A DNA stretch of 64,000 nucleotides from Octopus sinensis (GCF_006345805.1 NC_042998.1:187054001-187118000), one strand, 5' to 3'. Counted from the first letter of the stretch, positions 1 through 12,160 are shown. Notes: a model not told the origin generated them from the sequence alone. Numbers and translations: made by a program.

Positions 1-619
1 GTTACGGCTAGAATATCTTTGAGTATAGGTCAGTTCAATCAGAGCTGCCGTGGAGTTAACAACAACATCGATCTATAGAAGTAACTTCCAAGTTCAATTG
101 CGATCTGTCACCAATCATAACATCTATGCTACATAATCCATACTTAGCCCACTTCGTATTTTTTTGTTTTTGTTTTGTTTTTTTCATTGATGCAATCATT
201 AATGACCCCTACATTATTTAAATCAGTAAGTGAAAGACATCTTGCAGCAACCAGCTTTAACAGATTTTTAACGAGTGACTCAAAGGTGATATCTGAGCCG
301 TCAAACCTTAAATCATCTCTGAGGAATTATATATTGTCTATATGAAAAAAAAAGAAAAATATTTATTAATTGACAATATTAAAAATAATGGTGCAAGCCA
401 CATATTTAGATGATAAAAAGGTTTTTGAATATTCGAGTATTGGAGTTTCAGAAATGACCGCAATAGGATTAAATGCGATGATAAGAAAAATGTCATGAGT
501 TAACTAACATTATTCTTTGGCTGAGCAAACAAAGGAAAAGGAAGCAAATTGCAACGTTTTTACCTTATTAGATTTCATTAGCAGATGCACAGCCTTTACT
601 TTAGCACTGACCACAAATT

Positions 620-932
620 TAATGAAGTAAAAGATGGCTATAGAAAATGAAGAAGGTGAAGATAGTGCCAATTATTGTTGGGTCCTTGGGAACAGTATCA
701 GGAGGCATCAAGGGGAATATAAAGGAAATTGGAATAGAGTGCCCAGTAGAACTGTTACAAAAGGTTTGCCTCCTTGCCATGGCCAGAATAATCAGGAAAG
801 TATTAGATAGCTGAAAAGTATGGATAGCATGGTACCGTAGGCTGCAGGTAGCAAGTCCGATACGCCTGCAAGACTCCAAGAGCTCCAACAAAACCTGTGA
901 TAAAGAGAAATAATAATAATAATGATAATAAT
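620..932 (+). mobile_element. R4/Dong-clade non-LTR retrotransposon, 3' fragment (end of restriction-like endonuclease domain, 3' UTR, TAA tail)
   Basis: Translates to KVKIVPIIVGSLGTVSGGIKGNIKEIGIECPVELLQKVCLLAMARIIRKVLDS* (stop 812-814), typical of the R4/Dong C-terminus; ends in (TAA)n at 911-932. Confidence 0.85.
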
Positions 933-1071
933 CTGACTGACAAGTTCAGCTTCAGCCCTTCGCGTGGTGAAGCCGTTTGCAACTAGCAGAAGGGAGTGAA
1001 AAGGCGAATGTCTGGCGCCTTCAAATAACCAGTGCTCCGGGTAGGTCGAGCTCGTTAGCTTTGGTTGATAA

Positions 1072-3384
1072 CACTGGTCAACAACTGTTTTTCATAAAGC
1101 ATATGTCAAGGTGTATTTAGTGTAGTTTTTAATACTGATTTCAAATATACAGTTAGTTTTTTGACATCACGTAGTTTTCGAGATGAGAAAGTTTTTTGGC
1201 TTTAGCTTTTGCATTATATAGAAATTTTAGTTAATGACGCTTATGCATGTATTTCATTTACATCATTGAAACATACCTTTAAAATAAACTACATTATTCA
1301 TTGCTGCATAGTTCAGATGCAATATTTCATCATCTTAAACTAACCAATTAAGTTTTGTTTGATGAAATAGGTGTTTCAACATCTCAAATTGTCCAGTCAT
1401 AATTGGCCTGATGAAATATTTCATCATCTGAGTATAAACGTTCGTATCTATTTCCTTACTTATTTTACAGTGTTAACAATGTCAAGACATTGTAGAAATC
1501 GTCCTGATGTGTTTTGTTTTGTCTGTGGACAATTTACTGTAAAAGTTCAAAAACGTACAATAACAGCAGAGATCAAGAACAAGTTATGGGTACCACATTT
1601 TATCTGCTCAGCTTGCTTAAATGACTTACGGGACCTGTTCAATAATAATAAGTCCATACCTTTTGCCATTCCAATTATATGGAGGGAGCCGAAAGACCAT
1701 TTTAATGACTGTTATTTTTGCAAAGTAAATGTCACAGGATTTTCTATGAAGAATAAATACAAAATTGTGTTTCCCAATTTGGATTCTGCAATGAGACCTG
1801 TGCCTCACAATGGAAGTGTGCTAGTACCAGTTCCACCAGATGATGGTATTGAAACATGAGATGATGATATTGACTGTCACGTTAGTGCTGCTGAGTAAGA
1901 TTACATGGCTGATGGCGATAGCTTTGAACTTCAGAAATTTTCCCAAGCTGAACAGAATGACCTTGTCAGAGACCTATCCCTCTCAAAAAATAAAGCAGAA
2001 CTGTTGGCATCAAGACTGAAAGAAAAGTATCTGCCAGAGCACGGTGTTCGTATAACTTATTTTCGGCAGAGAAATGTGGTTCTACAAACGTGTTTTTCTG
2101 TTGAAGGTTCGCTTTGCATTTGCAATAGCATCGATGGACTTTTCGAATTTTTATTACAAAAATCACGATACTGTAGAGTAGTGTTTGTTTATTGACTCCT
2201 CAAAGCGAAGTTTAAAAGTTGTACTTTTCCAAAATGGTAATTTGAAGCCCTCAATTCCGTTTGCACATTCAGTTCGTCTTCATGAATCATATGAGAATAT
2301 GGAACTTTTACTTCATGCCGTTACCTATGAAAGATACTCATGGGAAATATGTGGAGATTTAAAAGTCTTTGGATGTTAATGGAAATGCAGTCAGGCCCCA
2401 CAAAATACTGTTGAAAATAGGACAGTTGAGCAACTGACAAACATTATTCGGAATTAAACTGGCAGACAAGAACATCATAGCAGCCAGGACTGCCTAGCGT
2501 CAAGAATACACCTCTTGTAGATCCATGCAATCTCCTATTGCCTTCTTTGCACATAAAGCTTGTACTGACGAAACAGTTTGTAAAGACACTAGGAAATGCC
2601 AGAGGGTTTGATTATATTGTAGAAAAGTTTCCCCAAATCACACTGGCGAAGTTGAAAGGAGGTATCTTTGTCAAACCCCAAATTAGAGAAGTACTTAAAG
2701 ATGTCAACTTCAAGACAATACTGGATGAACTGGAACTGTCTGCCTGGGATGCTTTTAGTTAGATCTGTGAGAATTTCTTGGACAACAAGAAGGCAATGGG
2801 CTACAAGGATGGCATCAAGAATCTTCTGAAATGTTAGTCAGCAATGTGTTGTCGCATGTCACTGAACGTTCACTTGGATTCCCATCTGGATTTCTTTGCA
2901 GATAACTTTGTAGCGGTGTCTGTTGAACACGGGGAAAGATTTCACCAGGACAATAATGCTATGGAGAAATGGTACCAAGGCTTCTGGAATGGCAGTCTGC
3001 TAGCTGACTACTGCTGGACACTCTACCGTGATCAACCAGATCAGTAACATCACAGGAAATCCAAATCACTATGTTCCTAACTCTGTTGTTCTTACTTTGT
3101 CTGTTTTGTCTGACCCATTTTTTTGTGTATTCACTCTTTGTAGAATGATAGTCATGATTTTTAACTCAATAAACTCATTTACTTTCTAAAAATAATATGT
3201 TCTTATTTATTACGTTAATGATTTCATATATACAAATATGTAAATATTTCAATGTATCTACTAAAAAACTGATACGTGCTGCATACAAATGGAGTGAAAT
3301 TTTGAAATCAGCATGAAAAATTAGTCTAAAAAGGTTGGTTTGCATTCAAAATGAGTATAATACATTTAATTTTGTTGACCAGTA
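1072..3384 (+). mobile_element. Full-length Chapaev3-type (CMC superfamily) DNA transposon, decayed
   Basis: TIR CACTGGTCAACAA (1072-1084) and TTGTTGACCAGTA (3372-3384, terminal G>A). 3-bp TAA target duplication at 1069-1071 and 3385-3387. Internal transposase remnant. Family name from recognition of CAC termini, TWA TSD and protein motifs. Confidence 0.8.
1479..3047 (+). pseudogene. Chapaev3-type transposase pseudogene
   Basis: MSRHCRNRPDVFCFVCGQFT...WVPHFICSAC...PFAIPIIWREPKDHFNDCYFC zinc finger; later LHIKLVLTKQFVK, GIFVKPQIR, HLDSHLDFF, SVEHGERFHQD, LADYCWTL. Fragmented by stops and frameshifts. Confidence 0.85.
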
Positions 3385-5820
3385 TAATCAGCCAAGGAGA
3401 AGGACCATTCTGATTCCAAAACCAGGGTAGTAAGGTCTCTTCCGCCCTGGTGGGCTACCTTGCTGGAGATGGTGTCTCGATAAAAAATACTCGTGGTGGT
3501 AACATAAAACGCACCTCATTTATGAGTGAAAATATCAAATAAAAAATAGCAAATGATAATGGTGTGAGCGGGACTGGGGAAAATGGTGAAGGTGTCGCAC
3601 ACAGCAGGTGTCTCTCTGTGTAACAGGGTGGGTCCGATCGTAATCCAGCAATTGCTAATCAGGCTGCGAGACAAAAGTGGAATTAACAAGTAAGCATGAT
3701 GCTTATGGAGTGTTACTATTGGAACATTCCATAGATAGAAACGGCATACCAATCAGAGGATACAGACAAGGAATACACAAAGAATGGAAGAGGTTGAAGT
3801 TGTTTGAAATTATGGAACAGATATTATGTGATCAAGTAAGAGCAATACGAAAGAATGGATGGTTATCAGAATTGGGGTTAGAAGTTATCAAAAGAAGAAT
3901 ATCTGGGGATGCTGAGCATATGAATAATGAAAGTGGCATTATGTAAGAAATGGTCAATTTCTCACAAGAATATACTGGTGTGAGTGGTGATGAAAGAATC
4001 GAGATCAGAGAATTGTTAAATGATGGAGATCAGATGATAATGAACAGGGTTTTAGATTTATTAAATACAGAAGAGACAGAATTTGTGTGATTTCAAGAAG
4101 GCTGATCACTGGAGACTAAATCAAAAAGCAACTAAAGTCAATAATATATTGAAGTAAAGAACATCTCACAAACAAATAGACTCACCAAGGCTGCAAGTAG
4201 GACTGTTTCAGAAAGGATGGGATTGAAGATCGATGAGAACAGACGAAAAGAAAAGGAAATAAACAAGGAGAATATCAGAAGATATTAGCTCTCTGAACAG
4301 TGTAGTGTCAATAATTGATAGGCAAAGAGAGGGAAAGTTGAAGAAAGATCGTAAATTTGAAAAAAAATCGAGAAATTTGTTGAAGCAAAATACTGAATGT
4401 TGTGATACAAGTGCTGAAGCAGCGCATTTTTGCTAAAAAAGCAAAACTAAGAATGAGCATCGGATTAAACAATACCGGCAAAACAGAATGTTTATATTTG
4501 ATGAAAATAGATTTTACCAAGAAATTAATGATAATTTAGCATGTGAAAGATTAGTTCCTGATGTAGATAAAAGTCGACAGTTTTGTGGTGAGATATGGAG
4601 TAAGCAAGAACAACATAATACTACAGTTCAATGGCTCTGCAGTTTGAAGCAAACATCTTCTTATCCCCAGCAAGAAGCTGTCCTCCTTACCAAGGACAGT
4701 ATCAGAAATGTGAGCAAAAAGACGAGCAAAAATTGAAAAGTAGCAGGACCTGATGGTACAGGGATTTGGGATTAAAAAAAACTCAGTAGGTGCCATAAAT
4801 TGATTACAGAGCAATTTAATGCATTGATTGACTGAACAGAAGAAATTCTAGGGTGGTTGACCAAAAAACGAATGGCGTTGTGCTTGAAGGATCTATCGAA
4901 AGAAAATGCTGCCGGCAATTACAGGCCAATTTCTTGCCTTCCGTTAATGTGGAAGTTAATGTCAGCGGAGATTGCAGAAGAAATGTACAAATTTCTTGAT
5001 GATAATGGCATTTTATCAATGGAACAAAAATATTGTTGGAGGAAATGCAGAGGTACCAAAGGCCAATTATTGAATGATGAAATGGTAATGCCAGACTGTA
5101 AGCGATGTAGGACAAATCTGGGGTTAGTTTGGATTGATTACCACAAAGCTTTCGATATGACCCCATATTCGCCGATCATTGAGAGCTTGGATATGTTTAG
5201 AATTGCAGGGAATTTAATATATTTTCAGAGAAGTATGGAGGGGTGGAAAACTGAGTTGTCATCGTGTGGACAAAGCTTGGGTACTCTGAGTCTCAAGAGA
5301 AAGAGTTTTCCAAGATAGTTTACCTCTGTTGCTTTTTGTACTTTGCATGATCCCTCTTACCTTGATACCGCTTAAATTGAACCTGGAATATCAGTTCAAG
5401 GGGAAAACAGAAAGAATCATTTATTTTCTCTTCACAGATTATTTGAAGCTGTATGGCAAGGATGAGGCACAAGCGAGTTTCTTGGTGACCACTGGTCACT
5501 GTTTTAGTGCTGATGTTGAGATGGAATTTAAACTTAGGAAGTGTGGTGTAACGAGTCAGAAAAGAAGCTAGGTACAGTCTCTGGCGGGTATAGAATTACC
5601 AAATAAGAAACAAATTGAAAAGGAAGGCTCTAAGTACCTTGATATACTAGAGTTCAATAAAATCATGGAGAAGGAAATATTCAAACTAAGACTGTTGTGA
5701 TGAAAAATCCCACTGATAAAACGTGTTTGCTTATATATCAATCCCAATTGACTGCGATATAAGCACTATGAAATAGAGGTCTCAAAAATGTAGCCTCTAC
5801 GTCAACTGTACCTTTAATCA

Positions 5821-6193
5821 TTTCTATATATATATAAACAGCAAAATGTCTGTCTCTGTGTGTATCCTTTATACAAATCCACAATTTTTCAGTTAGAGAG
5901 CTCGCACTTTCTATGGTCATTCAAAACCGTCCAAGGGTGGTCATGCACATCTTTACATTTCCCCAGTCACCTTTGCAAAGCCATTAAAAAATCAATAGAA
6001 ATGACTTTTTTTGTGAATTTTCTACCCAAATCCCAATCAAAATGCCCGAAACTTGATACGCCAATTGAATGCCAGCTAGCTGTGTGTGGTTGGTCGGAGA
6101 TTTTGGACAGTACTCGCGTGTATGTGCGCACGCACGGAGCTGTATATGCATGCACTAGCAGTATGACCCGGCGTTGCCGAGTCATAGTACTAG
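5821..6193 (+). mobile_element. Non-autonomous Helitron
   Basis: 5' A|TTTCTATATATATATAAACAGCAAAATGTCTGTC resembles the 5' end of the 51517 element; subterminal GC hairpin at 6162-6186; ends CTAG|T (6190-6194). Confidence 0.65.
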
Positions 6194-8063
6194 TCTTAGA
6201 TATAGGGATAATACCAAATGGTACTCTTAAGAGGAAACTTCAAAGTATCAGAACTATGAACAATTGTTTTCAAGGCTACTGCCAACATCTTAAGAAACGC
6301 ATTTGTCAACCTTTTAAAATTGCAAATATTGCAACAAATTTTTAATGAAATCATAATTCTCAGTATTTGTTCTTCTTTGTTTGCAATATATCATTGCTAT
6401 TCATAAATAACACTCACAGGAAAAAAAATAAATTTCAATTTGCTGTTACTTGAGGTCGCTGACTGAGACTTGGAACAGCACGTATAAAAGAAAGTCACAG
6501 CAACAAAGGAAAATAAAAATAATAGTAATTGGTGTCTCGCAAGAGCATCAAAATAAATATTGCATAATGTTGTTATTTATTCAGTTGTATGAAATAAAGA
6601 CGAAAACGGAATTCTGTAAAAGTTGCTAAAATAAAGAATAATACCCCAAAAAAAATCGCATACATGTAACTATAATAGAAAGAAAGAAGCTAAAAATCAT
6701 ACGAATAATCTTGATGTGCATAAATATATTTTAATGTTTGCTTGTGTTGATGCTGTCTGCTTGGTTATACTAAGCTGTTTCGTATTTTTTTAACCTTTGT
6801 GTTTCATTTAGTATCCGTCGATGGTTATAGAACTATTTTCATTCTTGTATTATTGGTGACTATGAGTTAAATAAGTTCTTATGTTATGGAAGATATCTAT
6901 TATTATTACCCAGCCCACCGAAAATTTATTGTGTAGATTTTACTTTTGCACTTCACATTTTATTCCATTGTTCATACATACAATTTTGATGTCCTTGTCT
7001 TTCGACAACGTTTCTGATTTCTTTGCGCATAATTCTTCCGCCCACAAAGATCGAGATGCAACAAAACAAACAAAATTCTTCATCTTAGTTTTTCTTAACG
7101 ACGCTATGAGGAGTTGTAACTAGCTTCAATGAGGCAGATAATTTTATGTCCAATATTATATTATGAACGCTAATTAGCGAAATGTTGCGAGAAATAGCCA
7201 GGTAACAGCCAATGTGTAAAGACTGAAAAAAGATTTTACTAATCAGAATCAAAAATTTAAAATAATCGGAATGCTGAGATAAGGAATTGTAAATATTGAT
7301 AGTAAGAATGAAGTTACAGGAATACAGTGGAAAAGAAGATAAATCAAGATGGGAGAACGTATTGCACTGGAAAGTATGATTAATAAACTCAGCGCATATT
7401 GCTGCTTTTATGTAAATATGTCTAAACATTATAGGAATTGATATTGCACGGGATAAGAACGTTAAAATCTTGTAAATTGCAATAAAAATTTATGAGTTCA
7501 ATATTAGTCAAGGAAAATGTATAGATATAAAAATATAGCACTTGAAAGCGGTTTCAAAGAAAAAGAAAAAAAAACAAAAAGATGCTAGTCTGATAAAAGT
7601 TTACTAGTCTAGTAATAACCAATCTCAGAAATATAAAAATATATTCAGATAAATGATAAAAAAGAGAATAAAACAACCGCGATAAAGGATGGTGTTTATT
7701 GATCGATGAAGGGGAGATTGCAAGTTTAATTTCAAAAATATGAGTCCAGTTTCATCTTGATTCATATTGGTCTGATAGCATGAATAATAATTCGCTTGAA
7801 AGAAATCATAAATCTACTTGGATTCCGAGGAAAGGAAATCAGATCTCTAATCTACATCAGACGCACGACGACAGAGTAAACAAAAATATTTTAGTAAAGT
7901 ACTATATGTACTACTTCCTCCTTAAAATTCATCTATCTACGTATCTACAACACCCTCTTTTCGAACGATTTCTTTTTTTTTTTTTATTTTAGCCATTTCC
8001 TTCGCAACAACTCAAACCAAAGATTAACGACAATGAAACGCGAGTTTATGGAAATTCGATAAG

Positions 8064-8229
8064 TTTAATTGCCTCGAGAAGAGAAAAAAATTTAACGTTT
8101 CGGACTTTTGCTCTTCAACAGAAAGTAGAACTACCAACTCGCTGACTAATTACACTTTCGTCTTTTTCTATTCTCTGTTGAAAGATATCAACCCGAAACG
8201 TTAAACTTTCCATTCTTCACCACAATTGA
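8064..8229. repeat. Short foldback made of two inverted Penelope pLTR-like arms with degenerate hammerhead cores
   Basis: TTTAACGTTTCGG...TCTTCAACAGAAAGTAGAA (8091-8130) pairs with TTCTATTCTCTGTTGAAAGA...CCGAAACGTTAAA (8166-8205). Each arm reads CTGTTGA-A-N12-GAAACGTT. Confidence 0.6.
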
Positions 8230-8414
8230 AGTAATCGTCATTCGACAATCTCTCCTTTCCTTCTGATACAAAGAATCACTAGCCTCATCATATTAACCTT
8301 CCATAGCTTTCACAAACCCAAACCCAAAAATGTTTGGGTTTGGGTTGATAAAACCTATACACACCAAGTGATAAAGTCTATATGCACTGTACTTCTTCAG
8401 ACAAACTACAATGC

Positions 8415-9040
8415 TGGTTTCAAATTTTGGCACAAGGCCAGCAATTCAGCGATCGTGGTAAGTTGACTACATAGACCCCTGTGCTCAACTGGTACTTTAT
8501 TTTATCGACCGACTCCGAAAAGATGAAAGGCAAAGTCAACCTCGGTAGAATTTGAACTCAGAACGTAAAGACGGACGAAATGCCGCTAAGCATTTTGTTC
8601 GACGAGCTAATGATTGTTTCTATCACGTTCCACAAATTTAGAAGAAGATGGTCAGTCGATTGAATTGACCACAGCACTGTACTTTATCGAACCCTGACGG
8701 ATGAAAAGCGAAGGTGACTTTGAATGGAATTAAAATCAACACACTATACAAAGGCGCTAAGTAGATACCTCAAAAATATTTTCTCGGACGCTCTAACTAT
8801 TTTTCCAAATCACTACCTTCAAATAAATTAATATTAATGATAATTTCTGATATAAGGCGCAAGGCCACACCTTTTGAAGGAGAACATGCTGTTGATTATA
8901 ACGACCATCTGTATTTGACATTGGTACTGTATTTTTATGAACTCGAAAAAACGAAAGGTGAAGTCGATCTCGGTAAGATGCGAACGTTAAGGAATGTGTT
9001 TTATCCGATATTCTACATGACCTTCATGAACCGCTGACAT
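8415..9040 (-). mobile_element. Cluster of decayed tRNA-derived SINE copies, family A (probably the octopus OK family)
   Basis: Repeated GATGAAAGGCAAAGTC(A/G)ACCTCGG...GAATTTGAACTCAGAACG core. Family name not verified. Confidence 0.8.
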
Positions 9041-9049
9041 TACTTTTTT

Positions 9050-9265
9050 GAGTATTAGAATCTATCGGCCAAAGCTTAACCTGGTTTCCATGGCGAATAA
9101 GTGACCGAGATTACAATAATCTCCCTGAACGAGACGTAAGTTTGTCACAATGGCTGCTCATTTACTCATTACAATTGAATGAACTGGAGCAACGTGAAGC
9201 GTTTTGTTCAAGAACATATCGCACCGCCCAGTCTAGGAATCGAAACCGTGATTATACGCCTTCAC
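9050..9265 (-). mobile_element. Decayed tRNA-SINE, family D
   Basis: Minus strand GGTTTCGATTCCTAGACTGGGCGGTGCG...TTCTTGAACAAAACGCTTCACGTTGCTCCAG, matching the 10761 copy. Confidence 0.6.
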
Positions 9266-9738
9266 TGATGTGATACCTATTTCTTTACTACCCACAAGGG
9301 GCTAAACACAGAGGGGACAAACAAGGACAGACAAACGGATTAAGTCGATTATATCGACCCCAGTGCGTAACTGGTACTTATTTAATCGACCCCCGAAAGG
9401 ATGAAAGGCAAAGTCGACCTCGGCGGAATTTCAACTCAGAACGCAGCGGCGGACGAAATACCACAAAGCATTTCGCCCGGCGTGCTAACGATTCTGCCAG
9501 TATGATGTGATACCTATTTCTTCACTACCCACAAGGGGCTAAACACAGAGGACAGACAAACGGATTAAGTCGATTATATCGACCCCAGTGCGTAACTCGT
9601 ACTTATTTAATCGACCCCGAAAGGATGAAAGGCAAAGTCGACCTCGGCGGAATTTGAACTCAGAACGCAGCGGCGGACGAAATACCACAAAGCATTTCGC
9701 CCGGCGTGCTAACGTTTCTGCCAGTATGATGTGATACC
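9266..9738 (-). mobile_element. Head-to-tail dimer of family A SINE bounded by three copies of a 12-bp direct repeat
   Basis: TGATGTGATACC at 9266-9277, 9503-9514 and 9727-9738. Each unit has A-box-like TGGCAGAAACGTTAG and B-box-like GAGTTCAAATTCC. Confidence 0.9.
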
Positions 9739-10376
9739 GCCATACTAATGATATCAATGATGTTTCTATCACCAATAGTAATAGTAACAGAGATTTCTTT
9801 TTTAATCATGAGACTATAAGCGCAAGCGAGAAAGTTGTATATTCGATTTTAACGACACAGTGTTTATCTGATATTGATCCTGGAAAGATGAAAGGCAAAG
9901 TTGAACTAGGATTTTGAATTCAGAAGGTAAAGAGTCGTGACTAAATATCGTTTAACGCTATGCTTGATGCGCTAACATTTCTGCTTTCAGCGGAGTTTGC
10001 TCTGTTGCGTGTGTTTACACCGGGCTCCAGGCAAGGATTATCGCGACCGTGCGGCGCACAAACACTTTATATACTTTCTATGACGCGTAAAATTAGATCT
10101 AAACCCGCTAGACAATCTTTCTCCTTTTCTCTTGCATCTGCAGACTCAGCTCTAACCTTGATCCAATACACAATGCCTTTATTTACATGTAAGCCGCATA
10201 TCCTCTTCCTCTCTGCGGCATAAATTACTCGACTTTTATCGATAATACATTTCTATTGGCAAAGCTGCACACTTTACTCAAACTTCACTCCGAAAAGTGG
10301 TATCTGCACACATATTTCACTCTCCCCTCAATTACCGTTGTTACCTATATATATAGGTATTTATTTTCTCGTGTTC

Positions 10377-10500
10377 CTTTCAGTTGAAGAGCGTAAGCTC
10401 GAAACGTAAAAGACTTTCTCACCTTCCCGAGCGTTATACTAATACATCTGTTTGTTGTTTATACACATGTCTTCATCTTTTGTTTTTCTGTAAATTCCAA
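10377..10500 (+). repeat. Penelope pLTR-like remnant with a degenerate minimal hammerhead motif
   Basis: CTTT-CAGTTGA-A-GAGC-GTAA-GCTC-GAAA-C-GTA-AAAG (10377-10412): stem I, perfect stem II, GAAA and palindromic ACGT stem III; the core CUGANGA is mutated. Confidence 0.55.
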
Positions 10501-10521
10501 CTATATATATGTATATATATA

Positions 10522-10561
<40 letters not shown>

Positions 10562-10720
10562 CCAGCCGAAATTGCAAAGATAATCTGGAACTCGACTGAG
10601 GATAGAAAACTCCGAATGATCCGTCCTCGTTTTCCTTGTATCGTCTGTCTGGATATTTTGTTTTCTTTTTTTTTGTTTCACCTAACTGTCTGGATGTTTT
10701 GCGTTCTTGTCCCATTTTTG

Positions 10721-10760
<40 letters not shown>

Positions 10761-10762
<2 letters not shown>

Positions 10763-11058
10763 CGCATGACTTAGTGGTTAGGGTGTTGCACTCACAGTCG
10801 CCAGATCGTGATTTCAATTCCTAGACCACGTGTTGCGTTGTGGTCTTGAGCAAAACGCTTCATCTCGCGTTGCTCTGCGATCACTTCGACACCTGACGCG
10901 CGATACACAGTGCACCTGTTCAGAAAACATTGATTTGATGGAAAGAGTGAGCTAATGTGTAGCATGGACATTTGATCACTATAAACAAATCATTTGTGCA
11001 GATCGTTCGGCAAAAGGTGAACACTCATAAGATATCTTTGATGGGAGAGTCCATCGTG
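10761..11058 (+). mobile_element. tRNA-derived SINE, family D
   Basis: A-box TGACTTAGTGG, B-box GATTTCAATTCC, then GCGTTGTGGTCTTGAGCAAAACGCTT central domain. Confidence 0.7.
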
Positions 11059-11139
11059 TATATGCATATGTATAGAAACTACTAAGATTTCCAATTACTT
11101 TCGCTCAAACTCACCTTCACTCACATCCTCCAATACATC

Positions 11140-11520
11140 TACATTCTCTAACCAGCAACAACTTTCTGACTACATCTTTTCTTACATCAAGGAAGATTTG
11201 TCTCATTCGCCTCTCTGATGTCATTATCCCCCCAATCATCTCAATACTCACAACTTTTTGCGCTCTCGAACTCATATCATATTGATGCCGTTAGGATAGA
11301 AAATAAATCTTTCGCAATGTTCAACCATCTACAGTTAATAGTATCACCCCTTGCTTGCATCCATAACCGAAACACAGAATCCAAACCCACCCGCCGCCAC
11401 CACCAATATCCTTGATCTCTTTCTCCTCTACAGATCAACCGCTCTCAAAGCATCACTATCTCTGCACCTGTCGGTCGCACCATCTGATCCTTATCTTACT
11501 GCGACTAACTACTTACGGAT
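11140..11520 (+). pseudogene. Decayed APE endonuclease fragment of a CR1/Jockey-group LINE
   Basis: Frameshifted residues NHLQLIVSP...TNILDLFL...ISAPVG...SDPYL resemble APE motifs (PT..NILDL, SDH). Confidence 0.5.
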
Positions 11521-11749
11521 CCACATAGTATACAACACTCTCCACATTCAAGACCCCAAACCCTGTGGTACTGAATCTAGTTGACTAGTCGAAGCTCCAC
11601 CAGTTCTATGTTATCTAAGCCTTGACAGTACATGTGCTTCACTTCGGATCCATCAGAAACAACTATACGAATGACAACATAACGCAAAGTACTTATTTCT
11701 GGGAGCTCTAACGGTTTCTCCAATCCATCGTTCTCAATGCCATGATAAC

Positions 11750-12160
11750 AATGGTTTCTATTTTAGGCACAAGGTCTGCAATTTTTTAGGTGAGTGGATT
11801 AGTCGATGCTATCGGCCTCAGTACTTGACTGGTACTTCTTTTCAACCCCTGAAGAATGTAAACCCGGTGGGATTTTGAACTCGGAAAGTAGAATCGCAAG
11901 AAATACCACAAAAGAACTTTTTCTGACACTGTCGATTCTGGCGATACACCGCCCTCAATGCCAAGGCCAGCAAGTTTGTGGGGAGTGCTAAGTCGACTAC
12001 ATCGAGTCCAGTACTCAACTGGTACTTATTTTATCGAGCTCGAAAGGATGAAAGGCAAAGTCGGTCTTAGTGGAGTTCGAACTTAGAACATAAAGACGGA
12101 CGAAATGCCGGAACACATTTTACCCGGTGTGCTAACGATTCTGCCAGCTCTCCACCTTAA
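11750..12160 (-). mobile_element. Two decayed family A SINE copies
   Basis: Family A core (GAAAGGATGAAAGGCAAAG, GAACTTAGAAC, TGCTAACGATTCTGCCAGCTC). Confidence 0.75.

Larger units (their letters stand above)
933..5690 (+). mobile_element. R4/Dong non-LTR retrotransposon, 5'-complete, 3'-truncated and decayed, interrupted by a DNA transposon at 1072-3384
   Basis: Starts directly after (TAA)n. The 5' UTR rejoins across the insertion (TTGGTTGATAA|TCAGCCAAGGAGAAGG). N-terminal motif GYRQGIHKEW...EQILCDQVRAIRKNGWLSELGLE (3740-3900). RT motifs [38 protein letters not shown] (4740-5470). Many stops and frameshifts. Confidence 0.85.

Noticed and set aside
6200-6484. Possible Tc1/mariner terminus (TA-TACGTGCTGTTCC on minus)
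   Set aside because: Only one end found, with no partner TIR and no recognisable transposase.
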